DNA of 62,000 nt from Lama guanicoe. Lineage: Eukaryota. The notes under the pieces were generated by a model that saw only the letters and a program-made list of their open reading frames with translations, did not search any database and was not told the DNA's origin. The DNA lies in NCBI GenBank assembly GCA_013239625.1, contig MU053379.1, forward strand, positions 442,490 to 504,489, written 5' to 3'. Positions 1 to 12,714 of this stretch are shown here, piece by piece; within the stretch, counting starts at the first letter, position 1; each line of letters begins with the position of its first letter. A program made the translations under genes and the position numbers.

Positions 1-765
1 TGCCAGTCACAATTATTTATGGTGTTTCCTGAATGGTGATATTCAATTTCCATTCATCACTTCTACTTCTGTTAATTGGAATTCCACTGTAAGAAAGAAT
101 TTTCCATTTGCCTCTATTCAAATTTAATTTAAAAAAAAATCAGTAAAACAGAGCCAGAATAATGTCCTTCCAAAGCTCACTGGTGCTTGATAACCCCAAA
201 TTTCCTTTCTTGTGTTAAAAATTCTCAGATTCTTCATGCCCTCCAGAATAGGAAGTAAACCTCTAAGTTCATACCACCAACAGCAGTCAGAGGCACAAGT
301 CTTTGGAGAGCAAAGATCAGCACACTTACATTTTTTTCCTTCTCATCCCCCACTTTTTGGATCAAATCTTAACATTACCCTGAGTACATCAGCAGGGTTA
401 AGTAGAGAAAACATTGAGAAACACTAGAAAATGCACATGAAATATTTATGTTTAACTTGCCCTAAAGAATGTGGTTTTTAATGAACAGGCACTAAATCAC
501 AAAAGCTGCAGAGTTTTAAGAGATTTTCATTTGTACACCAGACCCCTCGCCAAATTTGTTGTGCCCTTGAAATTCATCCAGTATTTGCTTCTCTGGCCAC
601 AGGCCCCCCCTTTCTGTGCCAGAAAGGTCCCTTGAGGGCCCTTACCTGAGCTGCTCCAGGCCAGTGTCACCAACTGACAGAGCTAATACTATTGTAGAGT
701 TTCAAGTTTGCACAGCCCTGAAAATATGAAGGAATAAAACATTTTTTTCCAGCTAGCTCTTTGTT

Positions 766-1328
766 CCTGTTATCCTTTGCTGAGTAATAAACTGACCTAA
801 AATTTGTGAGTATAAAGCAGAAACCCTTTTATTAGGCTCATGGACTTGGGATCAGAGATCAGACTGGGCACAGTGGGGATGGCTTGCTACAGTCCACATG
901 GGAATTCAGTTGGGAAGGCTCTGTGTCTGAAGGATGACTAGAATGACTGGAGTCTGGAATCATCTGAAGTTTCTTCATTTATACATTTAGCACCTGAACT
1001 GGGATGACTTGAAGCCTGGACTCAGCCAGGATTGTCAACCAGATCACTGCACATACCCCTCAATGTGGCCTGGGCTTCCTCATTACATGGCAGCCTGGGA
1101 GTAGTTGAACTTCCTAAATGGTAGGTTAGAACTTTAAGAGCAAGTGTTCTGGTGAACAAGGCAGAAGCTGCAGGCCCAGCAGAAGTCACACTGCATCACT
1201 GCCACCATGTTCTTCTCATCAAGGCAGTCATGTTCTCCAGCTTCAAGAGTCGGGATCATAGACATCACTTCTCAATCGGTGGGAAAACGTGTCAAGAAAC
1301 CAGTGCCTATGTTTTAAAAATAACCACA
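766..1328 (-). mobile_element. MaLR solo LTR (MLT1 family)
   Basis: MLT1-type motifs such as ctgggcacagtggggatggcttg, gcctgggcttcctcattacatggcagc and gaagtcacactgcatcact; ends aaccaca. Confidence 0.8.
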
Positions 1329-1519
1329 TCCTTCAAAATTAAAACATTAGAAATACATACATTTTAATTAAGATTTAAAATATTGCCTTTGTCTGAATAT
1401 TCTTTCCTTCCTCCAGAAATTTCATGAAACCTTCCCGAGGTATTACTCTGACTGAAATAGCCTCTCCTTCGGATCCCAATGGCCCCTTGTCCATAACTCA
1501 TAACACATTACATCCTAAC

Positions 1520-1765
1520 AACAAAACCATTAGCTCATGTTTACTGAGTGCAGGCAGCATTCCAAGCACATCCCATGGGCTACCTCACTTAATCCCCATG
1601 ACAACAATGTGAAAAGGGGACATTTCCATTTTATAAGTGAATTAACAGAGGCCTAGAAGGGTTAAATAACTTTCTAAGTATCACACAGCAATTAAGGAAA
1701 AGGTTCAAAATTTAAACCAAGGTGATATGAGCCCAGAACTCAGGCTCTTAAACCACTCCACCACA
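1520..1765 (-). mobile_element. MIR SINE
   Basis: MIR core: tttactgagtg...ccattttataagtgaattaacagaggcctagaagggttaaataactt...gctcttaaaccact. Confidence 0.8.
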
Positions 1766-1799
1766 GAGTACCCTTAATATGCTGCTGTGTTCAAATCTG

Positions 1800-1900
1800 C
1801 CTTCCCTGGTGGATTGTCAGCTATCTGCAGGCTGAGATGCTGTTGTATTTATCTTTGTTTTTCTAGCATCAAATACAGTGCCTGGCTTATAACAAGGATT
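1800..1900 (+). mobile_element. L2 3'-end fragment
   Basis: gattgtcagctatctgcagg...acagtgcctggcttata resembles the L2 3' terminus. Confidence 0.6.
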
Positions 1901-1911
1901 AGAAAAATTCA

Positions 1912-2285
1912 TAAAAGACACAAATGGGCAGTACAAAGTGAAAAAATTAAAATGTTCAATAAACACAGGAAAAGAGGCTCAAACTTTCAAAGTATTTAAA
2001 GAAATCCAAATAAGATGACATACTTTATCAAATAGGCAAAAACTGAAACATCAATCAATAAATGTCAATCCAGAGATGTTGAAAGTGCAGGAAAATGGGT
2101 ATTTTTGTTCAACTTACTTTTTGGTAGTTCTTATACAATTTTATAGGAAACCTTTTTGGTACTATTTATCAAAAAGCTAATGTTCATTATCTGTAACTGA
2201 TTGATCCAATTCCTAGGGTATATCCTACAGGAAAATTCGTATCTATGCGTATAGTGACATTTACAAGTCTGTCCATCACAGCATC
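1912..2285 (+). mobile_element. Old L1M fragment (ORF2 3' region)
   Basis: Degenerate L1 sense motifs: caataaacacaggaaaagaggctc and caattcctagggtatatcctacagg. Confidence 0.6.
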
Positions 2286-4798
2286 TTTAAAATAATAGCT
2301 TTGTTGAGCTATAATTCACAAACCATACAATGTACCTTTTCAAAATGTACAAGGCAGTAATTATTAATATACTTTAAAAGTTGTGCAATCATTACCATGA
2401 TCTAATTTTAGAACATTTCCATCACCCCAAAAAAACCTGAACCATTACCAAGTACCCTCCACTTCTGCCTCCTCCCAGCCCCAGGCAACCACTAATCTAC
2501 TTTCTGTTTCTATACATTTTGCTGTTCTGGACATTTTATATAAAGGAAGTGACAACAATATGTAGGCTTTTTAGGTCTGTTTTTTTCACTTAGCATTAAG
2601 TTTTCAAGGTTCATTCATGTTGCAGCATGTATCAGTTCTTCACTCCTTTTCATTTCCAAGTAATAGTCCACTGTGTGTATATATACCACATTTTTCATTT
2701 TGTTTTTCCATTCATCAGTTGATGGGAGTTTGGGTTGTTTTGGGGTGTCATGAATAATGCTGCTATAAAATTTGAGTACAAGTTTTTATGTAGACATATG
2801 TTTTCATTTCTCTTGATCATATACCTATGAGTGGAATAGCTGGATCATATGGAAAGTCTGTATTTATCATTTTAAGTAACTGCCAAAGTGTTTCCCAGAC
2901 TGGTTATCTGTCCCACAGCAACGTACAAATGTTCAGATTCCTCTGCACATCCTCACCAATGCTTGCTGATTTGTTTTTGGTTTTGTTGTTATCACTGGGT
3001 ATGCAGGGATAGCCCGTTGTGGTCTTGATTTGTATTTTCCTAATGACTAAGGTGCTGAACATCTTTTCATGTGCTATTTGCTATACATATATCTTCTTTG
3101 GAAAAATAACTGTTCATATTTCTGCCCATTTTTAATTGAGTTATTTGATTTTATTATTGAATTGTCCCTCGTACATTCTGGTATAAGTCCCATAACAAAG
3201 ATATGGTTTGAAAATATTTTATCCCATGCTGTGGGTTGTCTTTTCATTTTCTTGATGATTTCTTTTGCAGCACAAACATCCCTAAATTGAATAAAGTCTA
3301 ATTTGTGTATTTTTTTCTTTTGTCCTTTGTGCTTTTGGTGTGGTACCTAAGAAATCACTTCCTATCCTAAAGTCATTTTATTAACAGCTGTGTTTTATTC
3401 TAAGAATTGTATAATTTTACCTCTTACATTTAGGGCTATAAATCACTTTGAGTTAAATTTTGCACATGGTATGAGATACAGACCCAAATTTGTTCTCTTT
3501 CATATGGATATCAGTCGTTCATGCACAATTTATTGAAAAGACTTTTCTTTCTTACTGAATTTTCTTGCACTCATGTTAAAATCAATTAACTATAAATTGA
3601 CTACTATAAATTATTTCCAGACTCTTCATTTTATTCTATTGAACTCTATGTTGATCCTTATGCCAGTGCCACACTGTCTTGATTATTGCACCTTCGTAGT
3701 AAGTTTTGAAATGGGAAAATTTGAGTTCTTCAACTTTGTTCTTCTTTTTAAAAAAACTTCTGGCTATTCTGGGTCCTTTGCATTTTGTTACGAATATAGG
3801 ATCAGCAACAAAATGGGGAGTGTTGCCGTCTTAAAAATCAACAAACACAGATTTCTTTTCATTTATTCAGATTTTGTTTAATTTCTTTCAGTGATGTTTT
3901 ATACTTTTCAGCATACAAGTCATATGCTTCTTTTTTAACATTTTTTATTGAGTTATAGTCATTTTACAGTGAAAAATATTTGTGACAATGAATATATGTA
4001 TGTTCATGTATAATTGAAAAATTGTGCTCTACACTGGAATTTGACACAGCATTGTAAACTGACTATAACTCATACACTTCTTTCATTAAATTTATTCTCA
4101 AATGTTTTGTTTCTATGATGTTATCATAAATGGAATTATTTTCCTAAATCTATTCTTGGATTAATCATTGCTAACATATAGAAATATAATTAACTTTTAT
4201 ATGTTAATCTGTAATCATATTGAACTCATTTGTTAATTCTAATAGTTCATGGATTTCTGAGGAATTTCTACATACAAGATAACATTTTCTGCAAAGGAAG
4301 ATAGTTTTTTCCTTTCTTTTCAATCTAGATGACTTCAATTCTTTTTCTGGCCCAGCTGTCCTGGCTAAAGCCTCCAGCCCACCCTTGATTGTATGTGACA
4401 AGAGCAGATACCTTACTCTTGCTGTGATCTTAAGGGGAAACCATTCAGCCTCTCACCACTATATATGACATTAGCTGTGGGTTTTCAGATACGTTTATCA
4501 GATTGAATAAATTCCCTTTCAATCTAAGTTTTTGGTGTTTTTTAATCATAAAAGAGTGTTGGATTTTCTCAAATGCTTTTTCTGCATTTATTGAGATATT
4601 GTATATTCTTTATTGATATAGACAGGTATCATATTAATTGATTTTCAGCTGTTAATAACAACCTGCATTATTGGGATAAATCTCACTTGGCCACAGGGCA
4701 TAATCCTTTTTAGACGTAGCTGGATTCAGTATAGTAGGAATTTGAAGAATATTTTAGGTTTTATAATGGGTAGTGGCCTGTAGTTTTCTTGTGATATC
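2286..4798 (-). mobile_element. L1M (L1MB-like), 5'-truncated, about 2.5 kb
   Basis: Antisense 3'UTR (tagctttgttgagctataattcac...) followed by degenerate ORF2 (ggaatagctggatcatatgg, gtaagttttgaaatggg, ttagctgtgggtttt). Confidence 0.9.
3934..4071. mobile_element. Young L1 3'-end mini-insertion with 5' inversion, nested in L1M
   Basis: T-rich tail plus ttattgagttatagtcattttaca (- strand), then the same L1 3'UTR on the + strand. TSD-like copies tcatatgcttcttt (3920-3933) and tcatacacttcttt (4070-4083). Confidence 0.85.
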
Positions 4799-5136
4799 TA
4801 AGAGAAGAAAATGGAGAACTTGGTGTGGGTATGAATATAAAGGGAAGGTTCCATGGAGAAGAGAAGATCAAAAAATGGACAGAAACTAAAGTAATGGAAG
4901 AAAGCATAGATGGTCTGGGGGTGGGGGTGAATGGGCAATACCTTGAAAAAGCAGGAAAATGGGAAGGAGTACAGTGAAGAGGAAAACAGAGGTCCAGGCC
5001 TGACAGGAGGCTGCCAGTGGTTTTCTCACACACCTCCCCACCCCAGGGAGGCCCAGCATGCACCCCAGCTCTGGTGTCCCTGTTCTGGGGCAACCCCAGA
5101 TGCTAACAATGCCTGTGTCTGTTTGACTCTCCACAG

Positions 5137-5241
5137 CTCCCCTTCGCAGAAGGCCTCTACCATTTTTATCACAATGGGTTGGCAAAGGTCAAGAGAAGAC
5201 GCAGCCTACCCCACAAGCAGCAGCTGGAGAGAGACCCCAGG
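5137..5241 (+). CDS. PCSK2: PCSK2 (prohormone convertase 2) internal coding exon, prodomain, about human residues 60-94 (exon 2)
   Basis: Branch-like CTAAC at 5103-5107, pyrimidine tract and CAG acceptor ending 5136, donor GTGAGT at 5242. The 105-nt phase 0-0 exon translates to LPFAEGLYHFYHNGLAKVKRRRSLPHKQQLERDPR. This matches the recalled human PC2 sequence LPFAEGLYHFYHNGLAKAKRRRSLHHKQQLERDPR at 33/35 residues. The supplied ORF 4931-5245 reads a different frame. Confidence 0.97.
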
Positions 5242-5847
5242 GTGAGTTTTCCTGGAAGCCTGCCTTCTAACCTCTGCTGCCACAACAGAGCCTACTGAGG
5301 GAGGGCACAAGGGAACAGGCAGGGAATTTTGAAGTAGAGGAACTCGATGGTAATGCAATAGGCCAAATGGATCCTTTGCAGGTGGTACTGGGGAGTCTGC
5401 TCCTCTGCCTTAGGCATAATAATTCAACCCTTTCTAGGCTGGAGTCGGGGAAGTAAACAGGGACACCCCCCTTTTCTGACTGTCTTCTCCTGCATTATTG
5501 TGTGAGGACCTCTGTTTGCCTGGGAATATGTTTTAGCCTGTGATGGATGGGAAGACATCAAGCAGTTTAATGAGTCATTTTATGGAAGGTTTCAACTGGT
5601 GAATCCCCATGCTCCAAGGAGACTGCCATGCCCCATACTGAGAATGGGAAGGTGAGTGGGCCAGCAAGTGCTCAGCTCGCCACAGGTGGCAGGCTGCTCT
5701 GTGCATGACTGGAGCCCCAGGACCTTCTCAGCCCCTCTTCTCACCTGTACCTCCTCACACTGATCTAATTTACACCACCATGCCCACGTCTTCTTGGTGC
5801 TCATGACCCCTACTTTTGCCTCCAATCTTTACTTTGGTCTTGGACTC

Positions 5848-6019
5848 CAGCTCTTATTTCCAACTCTCTCTCCCTCCAGGAGCCTAAATTCAACTTTCCT
5901 GCAACCAAATTTACCATCTTGGCCATGAAGCAGCTCTTATTTCCAACTCTCTCTCCCTCCAGGAGCCTAAATTCAACTTTCCTGCAACCAAATTTACCAT
6001 CTTGGCCATGAAGCAGCTC
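5848..6019. repeat. Perfect 83-bp tandem duplication (2 copies)
   Basis: 5848-5930 is identical to 5931-6013. CAGCTC occurs at 5848, 5931 and 6014. Confidence 0.95.
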
Positions 6020-7220
6020 CTTTTCCAATGTTCCCTCTCCCTGTTTTTTCAGAATAGGAATTTTGGTCCTCAGTGAATCCTCTCTCCCCCAACCTCTTCT
6101 GCCCTCCCTGTACTCATTCAGTTGGGAGATTCTGATTTCTCTCATGCAGTTCACCAGGAAGGAAATTAATAGTCCAGGCAGCTTGCTCTCTGTACACTGG
6201 AGGCTTCATAACCTCTTCCCCAGGACTTGGGGGGAAGCAGATGTAAAGAGGGTCAGATGTTTGGAATTTACACATGAGACTCCTTTTGAGCTGAAGGAAT
6301 CTAGAATCATTCTTGTGGGGCTTTTCACATGAACATGTGACTGGGTTTAACGTGGGCTTTAATTAGGAATGCTGATGAAACAGACTCCCCAGCAGATCAC
6401 CGAGAGACCATAGGCAATTTTCCTTCAACTCCTCAACCCAGGGGATCCCACATTCCCTAGAGAGGAAATACAGCCCTGAGAAGTTGCTTGATCTTTGCTT
6501 TTGCAGTAAGATCTAAGCTGCCTGCCAGCCTGTGCCAAGCATTCTTAAAGGGTCTGTTGCAGAAGCTGGCACTGTTATCTAAGGGAGATGCTCTCTTTTC
6601 TGTTGTAACAGCCTTGGCCCTGGACCAGCACTGCACCCTTTACCCACCTCCCAACAGTTGTACTGATATCATCTGAACCATGTGACTCCTTCAGTGACCT
6701 CGACCTTTCCTATTCTGTTAATAGCTCAATTTTCTATCATAAAAAAGGGAACCATAATGCCCATCCTGAAGGGGCAAGTAACTCCAAAAGGAGTGTGCAG
6801 CAAAGTTAAGCAGATTCCATGTCCTCCTCCTTTCCTCTGGTTTTCCCCCCCTGCCCTTCTCCACCTTACTTCCGCTCCTCAAAAATCCAGGAGCTGCAAA
6901 CACACACTTTTAGAATGTGTGTCTCAGCTTCAAGGGGAATGTTGCTTTACAAAAATATGAACAATGCAAGTGAACACCTGTGCAGCAAAATCCACTAGGA
7001 AAGCATTGGGGCTTTTACCTCGCTATGCCCAGCCAGCCAGCTAATGACCTCTGCACATTAGTGAGGAGAAAGCAAAAGACACAGCCCTTCAAGATCATGC
7101 TCCTGACATTTCTGCAGGAGCCAGACCACTGAGTCAGAAGAGACTAGAGGGAATAGCTCCAGGGCTTCCTCCGGGTTTAATTTGATAACGATTATAAAAA
7201 ATAGTGTGTGTGTTGAATGC

Positions 7221-7690
7221 TGCTATCTTAGTTTGGCCTCCTGCAAAAGGCAAACCCTGAGACAGGGACTTGGAAGAGGGTCATTTATTTGGGATACTGA
7301 TGCTCAGATGCACAAGAGAAAGAGTAAAATGAGTGAGGGAAGTGCGGAAAGCAAATAAAGGGTAAGACTTTTAGCAGGTTCGCGTTGTAGGCACCTGCAG
7401 CTCAGTCCACTGGGGACGCTCTGAGAGCGTTTGTGTAGAATGCGATTCAGAGCTCTCCTGTGAGGAAGGCGGTTGCTCTGTCTCTCATTTCTGAGCTGGC
7501 CCAGAGTGTTAAATCCCCGGTACTTCTGGACTGCCTTGTGCACAGGCTGAAGAAGCTTTGGGTTTCTGGAGAAAGTCCTTAAGCAGAGAGGCAGAAAGTG
7601 AGATGCCTGATGCAAGACGCTGTCAGCAGCGGCAGGTGAACCTCAGGGGAAGGCTGCGAGGATATGGGGTTGACATCAACAACCACTGCT
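7221..7690 (-). mobile_element. ERVL-type solo LTR (LTR16/LTR33-like)
   Basis: accctgagacagggacttgg...tttatttgggat...gcaaataaaggg...ctcagtccactggggac. Confidence 0.7.
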
Positions 7691-7850
7691 GCGAATCCTA
7701 CCATCCAGCCCCTGCTAAGCCATGTCACTGAACCTCAGACGTCTCCTGTGAGCTAAGTGCTGTCCGACTCCCCGTTTACAGGCGCGGAAATAGCAGTTTA
7801 GGGCGGCTTGTGACTTCTGAACATTCCATAGTTTGTAAGGGGTCCTCGTG
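7690..7850 (-). mobile_element. MIR fragment
   Basis: ccccgtttacaggcgcggaaatagcag...tgtgactt. Confidence 0.5.
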
Positions 7851-8779
7851 CTGCACTGACTTAGATTTCATAAATTAATTTTCCCTGCTCCTTGTGCAGA
7901 GAGAATGGTAGAACAAAGGAAGCACTGATTCAGCTCTTTTCCTTGAAGCTTTAAAATATAATTTAACCATTGAGAAAAAAATAGACTCAGAGAGGGTAAG
8001 TAACTTCTCTGGGGTCACACAACCATCATTGATGGGGGAAAAAATAATGAAACTCAGGCCTCCTCTCAATACCAGTTCTGATTTAAATAAATAGCTACAT
8101 GAGGGTTGATATTGCTTATAAATTTGTGATTCTTTAAAAAAAATTCTCACTCATTAATAATTGGATTTCCTAAATCAAAAATAGAGTAGTGGGGAAAAAT
8201 GAAGTTGCATCATTAGTTTATGTGACTTACACAAATTCAACAAACTCAGCTATAAATGGAAATGTAAAAAAGGAGGAGGAAGTAATAAAAAGGTGGGCCT
8301 TTCTGCCCACCATTCTGCTCAGCCAGAGTGCCCTGCAGTGGTTGTGAATACGTGGGAATGCAGCTGGCCTCTTTCCCTCCTGACTCACAGTGGGAGACTT
8401 TCGCCTCCCTGGGTGAGAGACTCTAGCATTTAAAGATAATACTTTTGATGCAAAATATTTCCTAAGCACAAGCCAACTTGTTCGTCTGCTGTGTGAACAA
8501 TGAGACGGGACCAGATTCCTTGCGGAAGGAAATTCCACATTCTTGTGATGTATTGAGACACAGTATATATCGATTTCTAACTTTCCTAAGAAATATTCAA
8601 AGTTAATTTTGATCATGCATAGTTTACACTTTACACACTTCAGAACTCTATCATTAAGGGTGATTTCTCTACAAAAAAAGTAAACAAAGATGGTATCTTA
8701 GCTTGGATTTCCTGGAAACAGACTATGAGAAGGGGAGTTGCATGTATAAAAGATGCTTCTAGGAACGTGGTGTTAGTTT

Positions 8780-9030
8780 CATCTCACATGGCTCCCTCTG
8801 TCTCCAAGCCAACAACATACATCAAATCCTTCTACTGCTTCACATCCCTCTGCTTCCTCCTCTGCTTAAGGGCTCCTGTGACTCTATTGGACTCACCCAG
8901 ATAACCAGCATATTCTTCCTCTCTTGACCTTAATAGATTAGTTCCTTGATTACATCAACAGAGTTCCTTTTACCATGTGATATATAACATAACCACGTAA
9001 GTAACATCAGGGTCTGGACACCATGGGAGT
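8780..9030 (-). mobile_element. MaLR LTR fragment (MLT1)
   Basis: ttaagggctcctgtgactctattggactcacccagataacc...ttacatc...ccttttaccatgtga. Confidence 0.65.
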
Positions 9031-10057
9031 CAAAACGCTGCCCTGAGCCTGGACCTTTCTGGAGGAGTTGGCATGCCTCCTGGGACAGCAGCTTTCTCTA
9101 GGCAGCCCAGGTTCCCCTCACTGCCTCCTGCTGGGATTGCATTTGGCTCAGAAGGAAACATGAATCCATAGGCTCACAGCCCAAAGCTGAGAAACCCACA
9201 TGGAGCTGATTCTGACTTGGCTTCCCAGCTGGTGACCAAATTCATTTTCTAGACACCTCATTAAAAGGTGGGCTCAGCAGGTGTAAGTCTTCATGGGGCA
9301 TACGTTTTTGAGAGTGACTTGACAGCATCTGGAGAAGGAGAAATGTGTCAGGGGAAGAAGCAGGGGAGAGATGTCTTCAGTGATGCTCCAACTTGTGTGA
9401 AAAGCTGATCTGCTCTAATCTGCTGGTTTTATTACGCAGTAGGGAGGACTTTCTGTATCTCCTCTGAGTGCTGCAGATGTGCCTGGCTTCCTGCTTCAAA
9501 GAGCTACCACTAGTCCTATAATTAACTATTTGTGAGGAACAGGTGGGAAGTGTTTACTATGGATTCAGGAAAGCACAGAGAAAGCTGCTAAGGAGTAAGC
9601 CAGGTTTTTTCCTAGATGTTGTGAGCCCATTTTAAATGATTGCTTCTGATCACACTGCCAATGCATACCAGGAAAGATAAGGAGGTACTCTCTGGAAGAC
9701 AGCATTCCAGCAAGCCCAGAGATCTCTAAGGAGTTTTAACTTCCTTTAGTAGAATTCTAACAAGCCTCAGTGCAGAGAAAAGCAACACAGAAGGAAGAAA
9801 GTGCTTCTGTGTCATCTTTATAGTTCAGATGGTGAGCTGGCAAACTTTAAGGACTTGCTGGCAAAATCTTCAGTGTTTTTAAGGCAAATTTCTCCTGACT
9901 TGCCTTACCTCATTTCTTCCCCAGCCTTCCCAAGATGCAAAAAGAAATGTCTTTAAATATCTAAAATGTCTCTATTATACCTTCTAAAAATGAGCATTCT
10001 GTGTTTGCTTATTAAACTCACAATACAACTCCATTATCTAGTTGCTTGCTAGCGAAC

Positions 10058-11280
10058 CACTTATTCATCCAGCAAGTATTTACTGAGCTCACCTACATGC
10101 TGAACACCATTCTAAACACTGGGACACAAGAGGGAACAAAGCAAAGTACTCCTCCCATGAAGTTTATATAGTGGTGGGGAGGAAGGAGCAGACAAAACCC
10201 GGATGAATAAAGCAATTACATGACTGATGGTGAATGTGTTATGAGGATGAACAGAGCAACTTGTGAGGAAAAGGGAGTGCCAGGGGAGATGTGCTACTAT
10301 TTTATAAAAAGCATCCAGGGTTGGCTACCCTGGTAAGGTGACATTTAAATATACACCTGAAAGAGGTAAGGAAGGTATCCATGTGACTATCTGGAGAAGG
10401 GCCATTCTCCTCGGCAGAGGAGCCAGCAAAGGTGAAGGCCTTGTGTCCAGGGCACACTTGATGTGTTCTATGAACAGCAAGAATGCCAGTAAGGCTGGGA
10501 AGATGTCAGCAGAGGAGAACAGGGAAAGAAATGAGGTCAGCAAGGAAGCAAGACGACAGAGGATATTATAGGTCAGGGTAAGGGCTTTGGATTGACTCTG
10601 AACGAGATGAGATTTCTCTGCTTTAGAGTAAACTATAGACTATGGACAGGGCAGAGGGGCTGCACACTGGAAATCAGGGAGATCGGTGGAAGGTAACTGC
10701 AACATTTCAGAAGAGAAACAGTGGTGGCTTAGATCAGGTGGAAGTTGGTGGAGGTGATGAGAAACAAGTCTGATTTAGGGATATTTTGTGAAGATAGAGT
10801 CTTCAAATTTATTGATTCGTTTGCTGATGGATTAGATAAGGAATGAGAGAGAAGGAGAGAAGGCAAAGCTAACTCCAAAGTTGTTGACCTGAGTCACTAG
10901 TGCGTGGAGGTAGCATTTATGTAGATGCGCAGATGGGAGGAAAATAAGTAGATTGGAAGTGGGAAGGAAATAAAGAGATTAGTTTGAGCATGTTAACATT
11001 TGAGGGTTGCATTGAGTATCCAAGTGGAGAAGTAAAATAAGCAAGTAGGTTTTAAAGTTTAGGATAGAGGTTGGAGTTGAAAACAAATTGTGAGTCACTC
11101 ACTTATTGGTAGCATTCAGTGCCATGAGACTAGTCGAAATTATCTAAGAAATGAGTCCAAATAGAGAAGACAAGCTGCGTGGGACTAAACCCTAGGGCAT
11201 TCTAAAATTTAGAAGTCTGTAAAATGATGAGGAACCAGCAAAGGAGACAGAGAAGTGACAAATATTATAGGAAGAGGATC
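10058..11280 (-). mobile_element. L2 LINE, about 1.2 kb
   Basis: L2 3' end (attcatccagcaagtatttactgagc) followed by typical L2 body (ggtaaggtgacatttaaat, gggctttggatt, tgatggattagat, gaggaaccagcaaaggagac). Confidence 0.88.
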
Positions 11281-12714
11281 AGAAGTCAGGCAAAGACTAA
11301 TCTAGTCAATGTGTCCTATCTCACTCACATTTTACCAGAGTAACTTGGCCATCCCTGTGATTATTTCTTGAAAGAATCACTTAGAGATATCAATAGAATA
11401 TCATTTTTCAGTTTTTCCCTCTCTAACCTGTTTTTTCTAAAGTAGTATTGAAATTCATGGTGCACACATGAGCTTACGAAATAAAAATGGTGGCATGAAT
11501 TTTAACTTCACCAGACACTGCTGGATCTGGGCTGGGTGGTGTATTTCAGAGCAGGGAGTCATATTTGATTCAGAATGGATTAAGAACCAAGCTCCTAAAA
11601 CCTCAGGCCCAATGAGACAATATCTCAGAGTCAAGACCCAGTTCTGTGAGCTGCTAGGCAAAGTCACCAGGAAACAGCCTCTGTTTGTCATGGCAAGGGG
11701 AGAATCTGAGTTGGGCACTTCTTTTTAATTTTAAGGAACTATGAAAGCTGTGAGAAGGACCAAGTTTGTAAACCCAAAGGAAAGAACCTTAATCTCCAAT
11801 TAAGAAATATAAGAATCCAAGCTGTATTGATTCAGCCTTGACCACATTTTCATGGATTTCAGAAAGATAGAATTCCTCAAATAATTTCCTGTTAAGGTTT
11901 AAAATATATCGAGAAAGTAATTTCTCACTCCTTAAACCACTGCTCCAAAATGAATTTCATTCAATGCTTAGCTGAAGGAGGCTATCAATGTTCCTTAACG
12001 AGCACATAAACAAATGGTTAAAATAGATATGTCTCTCCGGCTACTGATTTCCTACTGTTTTATGAGACAAAGTTATGTTTGGGTTGGATGAGCCTCAGAA
12101 AGATTTAAAAAAAAAAAAATACTCCAGAACTCTCTTCGGGTATTTTTAAATTGGCTTAGTCATTTTCCTTTTATGATGTCCATTGACATGTTTGTGATCA
12201 CATCTTCATCTATAAACAAGCTTTGTGCTCTTAAATCCAAGCCAAGGGAATTTTGAAGATGAGTGGAATTGAATTCCTACCATTTCCAGTAGTTTCAAAC
12301 TCTTGTGGGTTGAGGAGAGGATACAACGGAAGCCAGGTCTAGAAAGGAGTAAAAGGCATCTGGACAAAGAAGATTCATGTCTGAATAACAATCCAGTTGC
12401 TGGAGTTTATTTAATTGGTTTCCCATTATCTGTACTGAAAATGCTGTGTTTTCCATCTTCTCTGTGGCAAGCATGTCCCATTTAGCAATAAAGAACTAAC
12501 TGCCTGAGAGAAAACAGGGACGACAAAGCAACTTTCCATTTTCCATTCCCCTTGAGAAGGAAGAGCAGCCCACCCTATGTAAAGAATTGTTTGATGGATG
12601 TTAGTTTGCAAGGACACCTCTGAGAAATGACAGGCAAAAGCCCTCCCAGAGAACAGGAGAAGAAAACCAACGTGATTCAGATGTATTGTGTGGAACACAC
12701 TCAAGTAAGTGCCT

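Larger units (their letters stand above)
1..5136 (+). other. PCSK2: PCSK2 intron 1 (3' part)
   Basis: Lies upstream of the exon 2 acceptor. No exon 1 coding sequence (MKGGCVSQW...) seen. Confidence 0.85.

Noticed and set aside
4931..5245. 104-aa track ORF overlapping the exon
   Set aside because: Wrong frame. The splice-defined frame gives the PC2 peptide.
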